Below are positions 1 through 12,600 of a DNA stretch of 32,000 bases, in pieces (position 1 is the stretch's first letter; each line of letters starts with the position of its first letter). The notes under the pieces were generated by a model. It made no database searches, was not told the origin of the DNA, and was given only the letters and a program-made list of their open reading frames with translations. Position numbers and translations under genes: made by a program. Source of the stretch: Longivirga aurantiaca (GTDB taxonomy: Bacteria; Actinomycetota; Actinomycetes; S36-B12; CAIYMF01). Where the stretch lies: the NCBI RefSeq assembly GCF_042660085.1, contig NZ_JBHSTI010000002.1, forward strand, positions 480,001 to 512,000. Reading direction: 5' to 3'.

Positions 1-1036
1 CGCGGAGGTCGTCGTCTGCCCGACCGCGGTCGACCCGGAGGACCCGCGCTCCTACTACTCGGTGTCCGACCGGCTCGTGCGCGAGATCCCCGGCGCCTGG
101 AAGCCCGACCAGTACTCCAACCCGAACAACCCGCGCTCGCACTACGAGACGACCGGCCCCGAGCTCTGGGCGCAGACCGACGGCCGCATCACGCACTTCG
201 TCGCGGGCGTCGGCACCGGGGGCACCATCAGCGGCACGGGCCGCTACCTCAAGGAGGTCAGCGGGGGCACGGTGAAGGTGATCGGCGCCGACCCCGTCGG
301 CTCGGTCTACTCCGGCGGCACCGGGCGCCCCTACCTCGTCGAGGGCGTGGGCGAGGACTTCTGGCCCACGGCGTACGACCAGGACGTCTGCGACGAGATC
401 GTGGCGGTGTCCGACCGTGACTCGTTCCTCGTCACGCGCCGCCTCGCCCGCGAGGAGGGCCTGCTCGTGGGCGGCTCCTGCGGCATGGCGGTGCAGGCCG
501 CGCTCGAGGTGGCCGAGCGGTCGGGCAAGGACGACGTCATCGTCGTGCTGCTGCCCGACGGCGGCCGCGGCTACCTGTCCAAGGTGTTCAACGACGAGTG
601 GATGGCCGACTACGGCTTCCTGTCGACCTCGACCGACCGCAGCGTCGGCGACGTCCTGCACTCCAAGAGCGCCGAGCTCCCGCAGCTCGTGCACACGCAC
701 CCGCAGGAGACTGTGCGCGAGGCCATCGACATCCTGCGCCACTACGCCGTGTCGCAGATGCCGGTCGTTCGCGCCGAGCCGCCGGTCAAGGCCGCCGAGG
801 TCGTCGGCTCCGTCGTCGAGCGCGACCTGCTCGACGCGCTGTTCGCGGGCCGCGCCGAGCTCGCCGACCCCGTCGAGAAGCACATGAGCGCCTCGCTGCC
901 GATGATCGGCGCCGGCGAGCCCGTCGCCGCGGCCATCGCTGCGCTGGAGTCGGCGGACGCCGCGATCGTGGTCGAGGACGGCCTCCCCGCGGGTGTCGTC
1001 ACGCGCCAGGACCTGCTCGGCTACCTGTCCCGCTGA
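1..1036 (+). CDS. cbs: Cystathionine beta-synthase (5' end lies outside the window)
   Basis: The frame of ORF 62..1036 stays open back to base 2 (AEVVVCPTAVDPEDPRSYYS...), so the gene starts upstream of the window. It has the PLP beta-replacement fold motif GVGTGGTISGTGRYLK. The C-terminus carries a pair of CBS/Bateman repeats (ETVREAIDILRHYAVSQMPVV...; AAAIAALESADAAIVVEDGLPAGVVTRQDLLGYL). Confidence 0.85.
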   Translation, partial: AEVVVCPTAVDPEDPRSYYSVSDRLVREIPGAWKPDQYSNPNNPRSHYETTGPELWAQTDGRITHFVAGVGTGGTISGTGRYLKEVSGGTVKVIGADPVGSVYSGGTGRPYLVEGVGEDFWPTAYDQDVCDEIVAVSDRDSFLVTRRLAREEGLLVGGSCGMAVQAALEVAERSGKDDVIVVLLPDGGRGYLSKVFNDEWMADYGFLSTSTDRSVGDVLHSKSAELPQLVHTHPQETVREAIDILRHYAVSQMPVVRAEPPVKAAEVVGSVVERDLLDALFAGRAELADPVEKHMSASLPMIGAGEPVAAAIAALESADAAIVVEDGLPAGVVTRQDLLGYLSR

Positions 1037-1258
1037 CCGCGACCGACGGCGGCACCGGCGACGCAGCGTCACCGCCGTCCGGGCGACCTCGTCGCCGCTG
1101 CCGCCCGGCTGCTCCGAACGGGTGGTCGTCACGCTCGTCCGCGCACGGCGGCGGCGGCGCGCGTCCCCCGGTCCGCCCATCAAGACCGCCTCCACCAGGG
1201 TCGACCCTCCCTCATGACACTCGTGGACGGCACGGGTCGTACTGGGCCGGAGGCCTTG

Positions 1259-3169
1259 ATGGCACTCGAGAGCGGGATGCGGCGCGTCCGCATGGTCGGT
1301 GCTGAGCACTGGACCGAGACACCCGAGCGCGAGCTCCCCACGATCGTTGCGGGCGGCGACACCTACGCCGTGCACGAGCGCATCTGCATCGACTCGGCGC
1401 GCGTGCGCCTGGTGCTCGCCGACGGCGAGGACGTCGCCGCGGCGCTGCGCGAGGTGTACGGCGAAGCCGTGCGCGACTTGCGCGTGTTCCGGCTGGTCGA
1501 GGGCGGCGGCGACGTCGTCGAGGGCCTCCCCGAGTGGCGCCTGACCCTGCCATTGTCCGACGACGCGGCGCACGATCCGCTTCCGGGAATGATCTCCCGG
1601 CTCGCCGGGGTCGTCGCGGAGCCGCAGCCGGTCGCGCAGGAGGACGTCGCGGTCGAGCCCGTCCTCGCGGAGGCGGCCCTCCTCGAGCCGCCCGCCGACG
1701 CCGTCCCGGTGCTCGAGCCCGCCGACGCCGTCCCCACGCTGGAGCCGGAGCCCGAGCAGGAGCCGGCGGCGTTCGACCTCCCCGAGGGCCTGGTCATGCC
1801 GGAGCTCGCCGCTCCGGACGCCGTCGCCGAGGAGGCCGCCCCGGTCGACGTGCCCGACGAGCAGGCCGAGCCGGAGCAGCTGGCCGACGCCGAGCTCCTC
1901 GCCGCTGCCGCTGCCGCGGCCGCAGCTGTGGCCGACGAGCCCGCCGCCCAGGACGAGCCCGTTCCGCACGACGACCCGTTCGCGATGCCGGCCGAGACGG
2001 TGTTCCCCGCCGAGGCGGCCGAGGTCGAGGCCCCCGAGGCACTCGGCGTGCCCGAGGCCGCCGAGCCCGTCGAGGAGCCGGCTGCGCCCGTCGACGAGCC
2101 CGAGCAGGAGCTGGCCGACGAGGTCGTCGCCGAGGAGTCCGCGGCCGCGGAGCCCGAGGCAGCAGACGTCGTGGCCGCGGAGCCCGCGGCCGAGCCTGAG
2201 CCGGAGCCCGAGCCGGAGCCCGAGCCCGAGCCGGACCCGCGCGACCTGGCCTTCGCCGCCGTCGCCGCAGTCCTCGAGGTCGGTCGCCCGACGTGTGCCG
2301 CCGTCGATCGTGACGGCCCGTGCTCCACGTCGTCCGACGTCGTGTGGCAGACATCCGCGGGTGCCGCCTGGGCGTGCGCCTGGCACTGGCCGAGCGCCAT
2401 GGCCGGCTACCCCGGCGCCGAGGTGGGCGCGGTCCGCACGGCCGGTGCCTGGGCCACGTGGCGCGACGGCAGCTCGGTCGACCTCGCCCGTCAGGGCGCG
2501 GACCTGTTCGCCGACGCCGCGCGGGGGCACGACCACCCGGTGGCGCGGCCGCTCGTGGCGCTCGACCGGCTCGACGAGATGCTGAAGTCGCTTCCGGACG
2601 ACCTCCGCGGCGCGATCCTGCTCTGGTCGATCTCGGTGACGAACCCCGACTGGGACGTGCCGGCGGTGGCCGAGCACGGCCGGGCCACCCACGAGATCAT
2701 CGTGGCCGAGGGTCGCGCGGTGGCCTTCCCGGACGAGATCTACTTCCAGCAGCAGGTGGCGGCGGCCCCGATCAGCCCGGTCGCTGCCGAGGGCGAGGCC
2801 CCGGCGCCTGCCTCGAACGCGAGCGGCGAGTCGCTGTTCTCCCGCGGCACGTCGCTGGCGTCCGCGGGCGACCTGCGCGGTGCCGCCCAGGCCTGGACCG
2901 AGGCGGCGGAGGACCACAACCACGCACTCTCGATGCGTGCCCTCGGTGATCTCTCCAGCGACCGAGACGACCTGAAGACGGCTGAGGAGTGGTACGGCCG
3001 CGCGGCGATGCTCAACGACACGACGTCGATGATGCGCATCGCGCTGCTGCTCGAGAGCCGCGGTCAGAACGAGCGCGCCGCCGAGTGGCTGCGTCGTGCA
3101 GCACGGTTCGGCGACGAAGAGGCGGCTCGCCGCCTGCAGAACCAGGGTGTGGTGGCCGCGAGCGCCTGA
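1259..3169 (+). CDS. Hypothetical modular protein: unknown N-terminal domain, ~210-aa acidic Pro/Ala/Glu linker, unknown central Trp-rich domain, C-terminal Sel1/TPR-like repeats
   Basis: Taken from long ORF 1214..3169. The ATG at 1259 is preceded by GGAGG (1249-1253, 5-nt spacer), whereas ATG 1214 has no SD, so 1259 is preferred. The C-terminus (AAQAWTEAAEDHNHALSMRALGDL...AEEWYGRAAMLNDTTSMMRIALLLESRG...AAEWLRRAARFGDEEAARRL) has Sel1-like A-x-x-W...AA...LG periodicity. The other domains are not recognised. Confidence 0.6.
   Translation: MALESGMRRVRMVGAEHWTETPERELPTIVAGGDTYAVHERICIDSARVRLVLADGEDVAAALREVYGEAVRDLRVFRLVEGGGDVVEGLPEWRLTLPLSDDAAHDPLPGMISRLAGVVAEPQPVAQEDVAVEPVLAEAALLEPPADAVPVLEPADAVPTLEPEPEQEPAAFDLPEGLVMPELAAPDAVAEEAAPVDVPDEQAEPEQLADAELLAAAAAAAAAVADEPAAQDEPVPHDDPFAMPAETVFPAEAAEVEAPEALGVPEAAEPVEEPAAPVDEPEQELADEVVAEESAAAEPEAADVVAAEPAAEPEPEPEPEPEPEPDPRDLAFAAVAAVLEVGRPTCAAVDRDGPCSTSSDVVWQTSAGAAWACAWHWPSAMAGYPGAEVGAVRTAGAWATWRDGSSVDLARQGADLFADAARGHDHPVARPLVALDRLDEMLKSLPDDLRGAILLWSISVTNPDWDVPAVAEHGRATHEIIVAEGRAVAFPDEIYFQQQVAAAPISPVAAEGEAPAPASNASGESLFSRGTSLASAGDLRGAAQAWTEAAEDHNHALSMRALGDLSSDRDDLKTAEEWYGRAAMLNDTTSMMRIALLLESRGQNERAAEWLRRAARFGDEEAARRLQNQGVVAASA
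2192..2239 (+). repeat. In-frame hexanucleotide tandem repeat (GAGCCN)x7 plus GACCCG, encoding (EP)7-DP
   Basis: Read directly from the sequence: gagcct gagccg gagccc gagccg gagccc gagccc gagccg gacccg. It lies inside the acidic linker of the 1259..3169 CDS. Confidence 0.9.
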
Positions 3170-3228
3170 GCCGCGTACCACCGGACGTGACGCCGGGCCT
3201 GCCAGGAGGCGGGTGCGGCGTCCGTCGT

Positions 3229-3234
3229 TACGAT
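3229..3234 (+). promoter_or_regulatory. Candidate -10 hexamer (TACGAT, TANNNT class) positioned for a leaderless transcript of the 3242 CDS
   Basis: tacgat is followed by 7 nt (cgtcggc) and then ATG at 3242, with no SD between them. This spacing fits actinobacterial leaderless mRNAs. The call rests on sequence pattern only. Confidence 0.3.
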
Positions 3235-3241
3235 CGTCGGC

Positions 3242-3478
3242 ATGAGCACCGTGCGCGTCGAGCCCCGCGACAAGTCCTGGACCCTGACCAAGGTGGTGGC
3301 CGTCGTCGTCGCGATCCTGACTGCGGGCTACATGGCCCCGTGGGCCGTGGCGGCCGTCCGCGACGTGAAGCACTGGGGCGTCTTCTGGGTCAACCTCCTG
3401 CTCGGCTGGACGATCATCGGCTGGATCATCGCGCTCGTGATGTCGTTGCGCGCCCAGCGGCTCGTCGTCGTCGGCTGA
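3242..3478 (+). CDS. Small two-TM membrane protein, superinfection-immunity (Imm_superinfect) family-like
   Basis: The 78-aa product has two hydrophobic helices. The second segment, WGVFWVNLLLGWTIIGWIIALVMSL, matches the family hallmark (N-x-L-L-G-W-T-x-x-G-W-I-x-A-L) as I remember it. Confidence 0.7.
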   Translation: MSTVRVEPRDKSWTLTKVVAVVVAILTAGYMAPWAVAAVRDVKHWGVFWVNLLLGWTIIGWIIALVMSLRAQRLVVVG

Positions 3479-3550
3479 CGCCCCTGACGCCCCTGGCGGC
3501 CCGGGCGTGTTCGGCTGCGCCGGGGGCTCGTCCTCCTCTACGTTCCCGTC

Positions 3551-4714
3551 GTGCAGATCCTCATCCTCGGCGCCGGGTTCGGTGGCCTCGAGCTCGCCAG
3601 TCGTCTGTCCGAGGAGCTCGGCGACGCCGTCGACGTCGTGCTGGTCGACAAGGGCGACGGCTTCGTCTTCGGGTTCTCCAAGCTCGATGTGATGTTCGGG
3701 CGGGTGAGTCCCGAGCACGTGGTGCACCGCTTCGCCGACATCGCGAAGCCGGGCGTGACCTTCGTCCAGGCGGAGGTGACCGGGATCGACCCGGTGGCCC
3801 GGCGCGTCACGACCACCGTGGGCGAGCTGGTCGGTGACGTCCTCGTGGTCGCGCTCGGGGCAGACCTGCACCCCGAGCTGACTCCCGGCCTCCTCGAGGG
3901 CGGGCACGAGTTCTACACGGTGGCGGGGGCGTTCGCGGTCGCCGACGTCTTGCGGACGTTCGAGGGCGGCCGTGTCGTGGTGGGCGTGACGTCCACCCCG
4001 TTCAAGTGCCCGCCCGCCCCGAGCGAGACCACGCTGATGGTGCACGACCTCCTCGAGGCGCGAGGGCTGCTCGAGGTGTCGTCGGTGGAGCTCGTGCTCC
4101 CGCTGCCCGTGCCGATCCCGCCGTCGCCGCAGGCCTCCACGACGATCCTCGAGACCTTCGCCGAGCGCGGGATCGCCTTCCGTGGCGGCACCCTGGTCAC
4201 CGCGCTCGATCCGGAGCGCAAGGTCGCACTGCTGTCGGACGGCACCGAGCTGCCGTACGACCTGTTCCTCGGCGTCCCGGTGCACCGCGCTCCGGCCGTC
4301 GTGGTCGAGGCCGGACTCACCGAGGACGGGTGGATCCCGGTCGACGCGCTCACCCTCGAGACGCGGTACCCCGACGTCTACGCCGTGGGCGACGTGACGA
4401 GCGTCGGCACGCCGAAGGCCGGAGTGTTCGCCGAGGGGCAGGCCGACATCGTGGCCAGCGCCATCATCGCCCGGGTCCGCGGCGGCGACGCGGCGGAGTA
4501 CGACGGTCACGGCATCTGCTACATGGAGTTCGGGCACCAGCAGATCGCGATGGTCGACGTGTACTTCCAGAAGGGCGTGACCCCGCACGGCGACCTCATC
4601 GGCCCGTCGACCGACCTCATGGCCGAGAAGTCCCACTTCGGCACGAGCAGGGTCCGACGCTGGTTCGGCCGTGAGTGGTACGCCGTCGACGAGCCAGGTA
4701 CTCCGCCCCGCTGA
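3551..4714 (+). CDS. FAD-dependent pyridine nucleotide-disulfide oxidoreductase, sulfide:quinone oxidoreductase-like
   Basis: It uses a GTG start and has the N-terminal Rossmann motif ILILGAGFGGLELA. It also has the FKCPPAPSE motif typical of SQR-type enzymes and the C-terminal FAD motif VYAVGDVTSVG. Confidence 0.75.
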   Translation: MQILILGAGFGGLELASRLSEELGDAVDVVLVDKGDGFVFGFSKLDVMFGRVSPEHVVHRFADIAKPGVTFVQAEVTGIDPVARRVTTTVGELVGDVLVVALGADLHPELTPGLLEGGHEFYTVAGAFAVADVLRTFEGGRVVVGVTSTPFKCPPAPSETTLMVHDLLEARGLLEVSSVELVLPLPVPIPPSPQASTTILETFAERGIAFRGGTLVTALDPERKVALLSDGTELPYDLFLGVPVHRAPAVVVEAGLTEDGWIPVDALTLETRYPDVYAVGDVTSVGTPKAGVFAEGQADIVASAIIARVRGGDAAEYDGHGICYMEFGHQQIAMVDVYFQKGVTPHGDLIGPSTDLMAEKSHFGTSRVRRWFGREWYAVDEPGTPPR

Positions 4715-4908
4715 CGCTGGTGGGGGTCGGGTCAGGGTGCCGTGGGGGATCGTCCCCGACGTCGGCTCCCCGAACGTCCGCCTAGCGTCGCAGGCATGGA
4801 CGCACTGACCCGGATGTACGCGGACGCGTGGTCGCGGTTGCCCGTGGAGGTGCTCGAGCTCGTGGTCGTGCCCACGCCGCGACGGGCGGAGGACGACGCC
4901 GACGACTC

Positions 4909-5670
4909 CTAGGCGCCGGCGGCCGGGTGGAGGAACACGCAGAACTCGTTGCCCTCCGGGTCCGCGAGCACCCACCAGCCGATCTCGTCGTCGGGGGTGC
5001 GCAGCACAGTGGCGCCGGCGTCGACCAGCGCCTCCGGAGTGGCGACCCCGTCGGGCAGCTCGACGTCCCAGTGCATGCGGTTCTTCACGGTCTTGGTCTC
5101 GGGCACCTCGTTGAACACCCAGGCGTAGAAGGGGAATCCGGTCGCGCCCTGGATCCACCAGTACGGCGCCCCGTCGCGCGTCTGGGCCGTGCCGCCCGTC
5201 CGCGCCGCCCACCACTGCGCCACCGCGCCCGCGTCGACCGCATCGACCACGAGCTCGAAGGGGGTGGGCACCTCCACCGTCGGAGCACCCCACTCCGGCG
5301 GCGCAGGGGGCATGGCGCAGAAGAGGTTGCCGTCCGGGTCGGCGAGCACCCACCAGTGCTGGTCGCCCGCGGGCTCGCTCACCAGCCGCGCGCCCGCCTC
5401 GAGGAGGGGCGTCGGATCGGCCGCTGACAGGCGGAGGTCGAGGTGCACGCGGGTCTTCACCGCGCGCGGCTCGGGCACCGGATCCACCCACATGTGCTCG
5501 CCGTGCGGGCCGGCCGGAAGGACGGCGTACCCGCCGTCGTTCGTGCTCTGCACCGTGCGCGCGAGCAGGCGGCCCCAGAACGACGCGAGGACCTCGGAGT
5601 CCACGGCATCGAGGCAGAGGTCCTTGAACGAGCAGTCGGGGGCGGCGGCGGGCGGCGTCGTCTCGGTCAC
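4909..5670 (-). CDS. VOC/glyoxalase-like family protein with two tandem domains
   Basis: This is the C-terminal 253 codons of the 1355-aa track ORF, starting at GTG 5670 (VTETTPP...). Two repeated halves each end in the motif WWVLADPDGNLFC / WWVLADPEGNEFC. The rest of the track ORF upstream is antisense to mfd. Confidence 0.75.
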   Translation of the reverse strand: MTETTPPAAAPDCSFKDLCLDAVDSEVLASFWGRLLARTVQSTNDGGYAVLPAGPHGEHMWVDPVPEPRAVKTRVHLDLRLSAADPTPLLEAGARLVSEPAGDQHWWVLADPDGNLFCAMPPAPPEWGAPTVEVPTPFELVVDAVDAGAVAQWWAARTGGTAQTRDGAPYWWIQGATGFPFYAWVFNEVPETKTVKNRMHWDVELPDGVATPEALVDAGATVLRTPDDEIGWWVLADPEGNEFCVFLHPAAGA

Positions 5671-5811
5671 ACGGGCATCCTGCACGGCGGCACCGACCGG
5701 CGGGGAGGGTCGCCGGTGTCCCCGCGGGCACGTAGGGTCGAGGTGTCGCGCACGCGACCACCCCGCCCTCGCCGAGGAGCGGGGCTTACGGGCGTGCGCA
5801 GGGAAGGAACC

Positions 5812-9407
<3,596 letters not shown>

Positions 9408-9411
<4 letters not shown>

Positions 9412-10052
9412 GCACCGCCACCCGACGCCGCACCCTGACCCGAGCGGCCGGTGCGGCCGTCCTCGCCGTCCTCCTGACTGCCTGCGGCAACAGCCTGGCC
9501 GGCAAGGCGCTCGTGGTGGGCGGCACGTCCGTCGACGACGCGGAGATCGCGGAGCTGACGGAGGAGGTGCGCGACGTCTATGCGGCCTACCCGAAGGACT
9601 TCGCCGCCGTGGGGGCCTCGTTCGACGAGGGCACCGTCGTGTCCACCAACGTCAACCGGCTCACGCGTCACCTGCTCCTGCTCGAGGCCGCCGCCCGCGA
9701 GGGCATCACGGTGACGCAGGGCCAGATCGACACGTCGATCCGCACCGCCCTCGAGAACCAGTTCAACGGCAGCCAGACCCTGCTCGACGTCACGCTCGCC
9801 GCCCAGCAGCAGGCGCCGCCGAGCGCGACGTCCGAGGTCGTCTACGACTTCCTGGTCCTGCAGGCGCTGGCCGAGAAGCTCAAGCCGGCAGACCCGGCGA
9901 CCGCGCCCGTCAACGAGTACCTCGTCGACCTCGCGGCCGAGCTCGGCGCGGAGGTCTCCCCGCGCTTCGGCGTGTGGGACGCCGAGAGCATCTCGCTCAC
10001 GCCGGTGCCCGACGACCTCTCGGTGCTGCCGAACCTCGCGCCCACCGAGTGA
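9408..10052 (+). CDS. Lipoprotein (SurA N-terminal-domain-like), conserved mfd-mazG neighbour
   Basis: The GTG at 9408 overlaps the mfd stop (GTGA) and follows GAGAGGAA. The signal is RRRTLTRAAGAAVLAVLLTAC, with lipobox LLTAC. The domain assignment is tentative. Confidence 0.65.
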
Positions 10053-10065
10053 CCGGCGCGCGGTC

Positions 10066-10773
10066 GTGACGGACGCTGCTGCTGTGGGCTCCCGCCCGGG
10101 GGAGCGGCTGCTCGACCTCGTCGCGGTCATGGACCGGCTGCGCTCTCCGGGCGGCTGCCCGTGGGACGCCGAGCAGACCCACCACTCCCTCGTCGAGTAC
10201 CTGGTCGAGGAGGCCTACGAGACGGTCGAGGCGATCGAGACCTCGGACGACGCCGCGCTCCGCGAGGAGCTCGGCGACCTCCTGCTCCAGGTGGTGTTCC
10301 ACGCACGCATCGCCGAGGAGCACGCCGCGCCGTGGTCGATCGACGACGTCGCGGCAGGCATCGTCGACAAGCTCGTGTCGCGCCACCCGCACGTGTTCGC
10401 CGACGTCGACGCGTCCACCGCGGCCGAGGTCGAGGCCAACTGGGCGGCGCTGAAGGCTGCTGAGAAGGGTCGCGAGTCGGTCACCGACGGCGTGCCGCAG
10501 GCGCTGCCCGCACTCGTGCTCGCCGCCAAGCTGATGTCGCGGGCGAAGCAGGTCCCGGTGGTCCCTGCCGAGCCTGATGCAGCCGCTGCTGCCGCCTCGG
10601 CGGTGGCCTCGCTGTCCGCCGGGCGCCCGACCGCGGAGGCGGCGTACGGCGACCTGCTGCTGGCGCTCGTGGCGCAGGCCCGCGCCGACGGTGTGGACGC
10701 CGAGCAGGCGCTGCGCGAGGCCACGCGCGGCTACCGGGCCCGCGTCCGCGCCGCCGAGGGCCCGCACGCCTGA
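10066..10773 (+). CDS. mazG: MazG nucleoside triphosphate pyrophosphohydrolase
   Basis: It uses a GTG start. Recognisable motifs are LLDLVAVMDRLRSPGGCPWDAEQTHHSLVEYLVEEAYETVEAIE and ELGDLLLQVVFHARIAEE. It sits directly downstream of mfd, as in other actinobacteria. Confidence 0.9.
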   Translation: MTDAAAVGSRPGERLLDLVAVMDRLRSPGGCPWDAEQTHHSLVEYLVEEAYETVEAIETSDDAALREELGDLLLQVVFHARIAEEHAAPWSIDDVAAGIVDKLVSRHPHVFADVDASTAAEVEANWAALKAAEKGRESVTDGVPQALPALVLAAKLMSRAKQVPVVPAEPDAAAAAASAVASLSAGRPTAEAAYGDLLLALVAQARADGVDAEQALREATRGYRARVRAAEGPHA

Positions 10774-10816
10774 CGCCGCGGCCCCGCGGCTGCGCGATCG
10801 CGGCTACGGTCGGGGC

Positions 10817-12520
10817 ATGACCGACTGGGAGCTCGGGGACCGATCCGGTGACGTCGAGCAGACGTTCGCCGCGCTGGCCGACCACGTCATCGACGGGCTG
10901 CTCGCGCGCAGCCCCGAGACCGCGACCGCCCTCGGCGACCACCGCTTCGACGACCGGCTGGCCGACCTCAGCGAAGACGGCGTCGGCGAGACGCTGGCCC
11001 GCATCGACGAGGACCTGGCAGGCGTCGACCAGATCGACGACCTCGCGCTCGGCCAGGCGGCCGCCGTCGACCTCGAGATCCTGCGCGCCCGCCTCGCCGC
11101 CGAGAAGCTGAGCCTCGAGACGATCCGCGAGAGCACCTGGAACCCGCTCGTGGCCAACCCCGGGTCGGCGCTGCACCTGCTGCTGTCGCGCGACTTCGCG
11201 CCGGTGGAGGAGCGGCTCGAGTCGGTGGCCGGTCGGCTCGGCGCCGTGCCGGAGCACCTGGCGGTGGCGCGCGACGTCCTGGGCGAGATGCCGCAGGTCC
11301 ACGTGGAGACCGCGCTCGGGCAGTTCGAGGGCACGCTCGGGCTGCTGCGCGGCCCGCTCGAGGACGCGCTCGCCTCGGCTCCCGGTCTGCGGTCACTGGT
11401 CGAGCCCGTGCGCGACGCCGCGGCCGGCGCGCTCGAGGCCCACCTCGGGTGGCTCCGCGACCGGCTCGAGTCCGGGGTGGCCGCGCGCGACCCGCGGCTC
11501 GGGCCGGAGAAGTACGCCGCCAAGCTCTGGGCCACGCTCGACGCCGACCTCACGCCCGACGACGTCCTGCACCGCGCGGAGACCGACCTCGTGCGGATCG
11601 AGGGCGAGATCGCGCGGGCGGCTGCCGAGTACCTCGGTGAGCCCGCGCCGCCGCCGGACGACGCGGGCGCGCTCGTGCGCCGCGCGCTCGACGCCGTCGC
11701 GGCCGAGGGCCCGGTCGACGACACGACCGTGCTGCCGCTGTGCGTCGCGGCGCTCGGCACCACGACCGCGTTCGTGCGCGAGCACGACCTGGTGACGGTG
11801 CACGACGACGCGGTCGAGATCGTCGAGATGCCCGAGATCCACCGGGGCGTGGCCGTCGCGTACTGCGACGCGCCGGGCCCGCTCGAGCCGCGCGCGCTCC
11901 CGACGTTCTTCGCCGTGGCCCCGACGCCGACGGGCTGGGACGGCGCCCGGGTCGCCTCGTTCTACCGCGAGTACAACGCGAGCATGCTGCACAACCTCAC
12001 CGTCCACGAGGCCATGCCGGGCCACGTGCTGCAGCTCGCGCACTCGCGCCGCTGCAGCACTCCGAGCCGCGTGCGCACCACGTTCATGAGCGGCACGTTC
12101 GTCGAGGGCTGGGCGGTGTACGCCGAGCAGCTCATGGCCGAGCGCGGGTACGACGCCGGCCACGGCGAGAGGGGTGCCCTCGCGATCCGGCTGCAGCAGC
12201 TGAAGATGCAGCTGCGCATGACGATCAACGCGATCCTCGACGTGCGCGTCCACACCCGCGGCATGACCGAGGACGAGGCGATGCGGCTCATGCAGGTGCG
12301 CGGTCACCAGGAGGAGGGCGAGGCCGCGGGCAAGTGGCGCCGCGCGCTGCTCACCTCGACCCAGCTGTCGACGTACTACGTGGGCTGGACCGCGGTGGCC
12401 GACCTCGTGGCCGACCTGAATGCGGCCAACCCGGGCTGGACCGACCGGCAGGTGCACGACGCCGTGCTCGCGCACGGATCGCCGCCGCCACGCCACCTGC
12501 GCAGCCTGCTCGGCCTCTGA
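10817..12520 (+). CDS. DUF885 family protein (metallopeptidase-like HExxPGH motif)
   Basis: The ATG at 10817 (MTDWELGDRSG...) lies inside track ORF 10577..12520. The motif VHEAMPGHVLQ and the overall length (567 aa) fit DUF885. Confidence 0.8.
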   Translation: MTDWELGDRSGDVEQTFAALADHVIDGLLARSPETATALGDHRFDDRLADLSEDGVGETLARIDEDLAGVDQIDDLALGQAAAVDLEILRARLAAEKLSLETIRESTWNPLVANPGSALHLLLSRDFAPVEERLESVAGRLGAVPEHLAVARDVLGEMPQVHVETALGQFEGTLGLLRGPLEDALASAPGLRSLVEPVRDAAAGALEAHLGWLRDRLESGVAARDPRLGPEKYAAKLWATLDADLTPDDVLHRAETDLVRIEGEIARAAAEYLGEPAPPPDDAGALVRRALDAVAAEGPVDDTTVLPLCVAALGTTTAFVREHDLVTVHDDAVEIVEMPEIHRGVAVAYCDAPGPLEPRALPTFFAVAPTPTGWDGARVASFYREYNASMLHNLTVHEAMPGHVLQLAHSRRCSTPSRVRTTFMSGTFVEGWAVYAEQLMAERGYDAGHGERGALAIRLQQLKMQLRMTINAILDVRVHTRGMTEDEAMRLMQVRGHQEEGEAAGKWRRALLTSTQLSTYYVGWTAVADLVADLNAANPGWTDRQVHDAVLAHGSPPPRHLRSLLGL

Positions 12521-12522
12521 CC
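12504..12522 (+). repeat. Direct repeat copy 1 (GCCTGCTCGGCCTCTGACC), covering the last codons and TGA stop of the DUF885 gene
   Basis: It is a perfect 19/19 match to 16662..16680, read directly from the sequence. Confidence 0.95.
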
Positions 12523-12600
12523 CTCCCCGGCCGTGCGCCCGTCGGGGGCCGGATCGCGTCGCTGGGGACGCGCTCGGACCCCCAGCCCGAGACCCCCGCC

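Noticed and set aside
1363-2400. 345-aa Ser/Gly/Ala-rich minus-strand ORF and the Arg-rich plus-strand ORF 1534..2199
   Set aside because: They are the antisense and +1 readings of the GAG/CCG/GCC-rich acidic linker. Their repetitiveness mirrors the coding repeat and gives no independent support.
3242-3478. Prophage or prophage remnant suggested by the Imm-superinfection-family gene
   Set aside because: It is a single small gene only. There are no capsid, terminase, integrase or repressor genes, att-like repeats or tRNA nearby.
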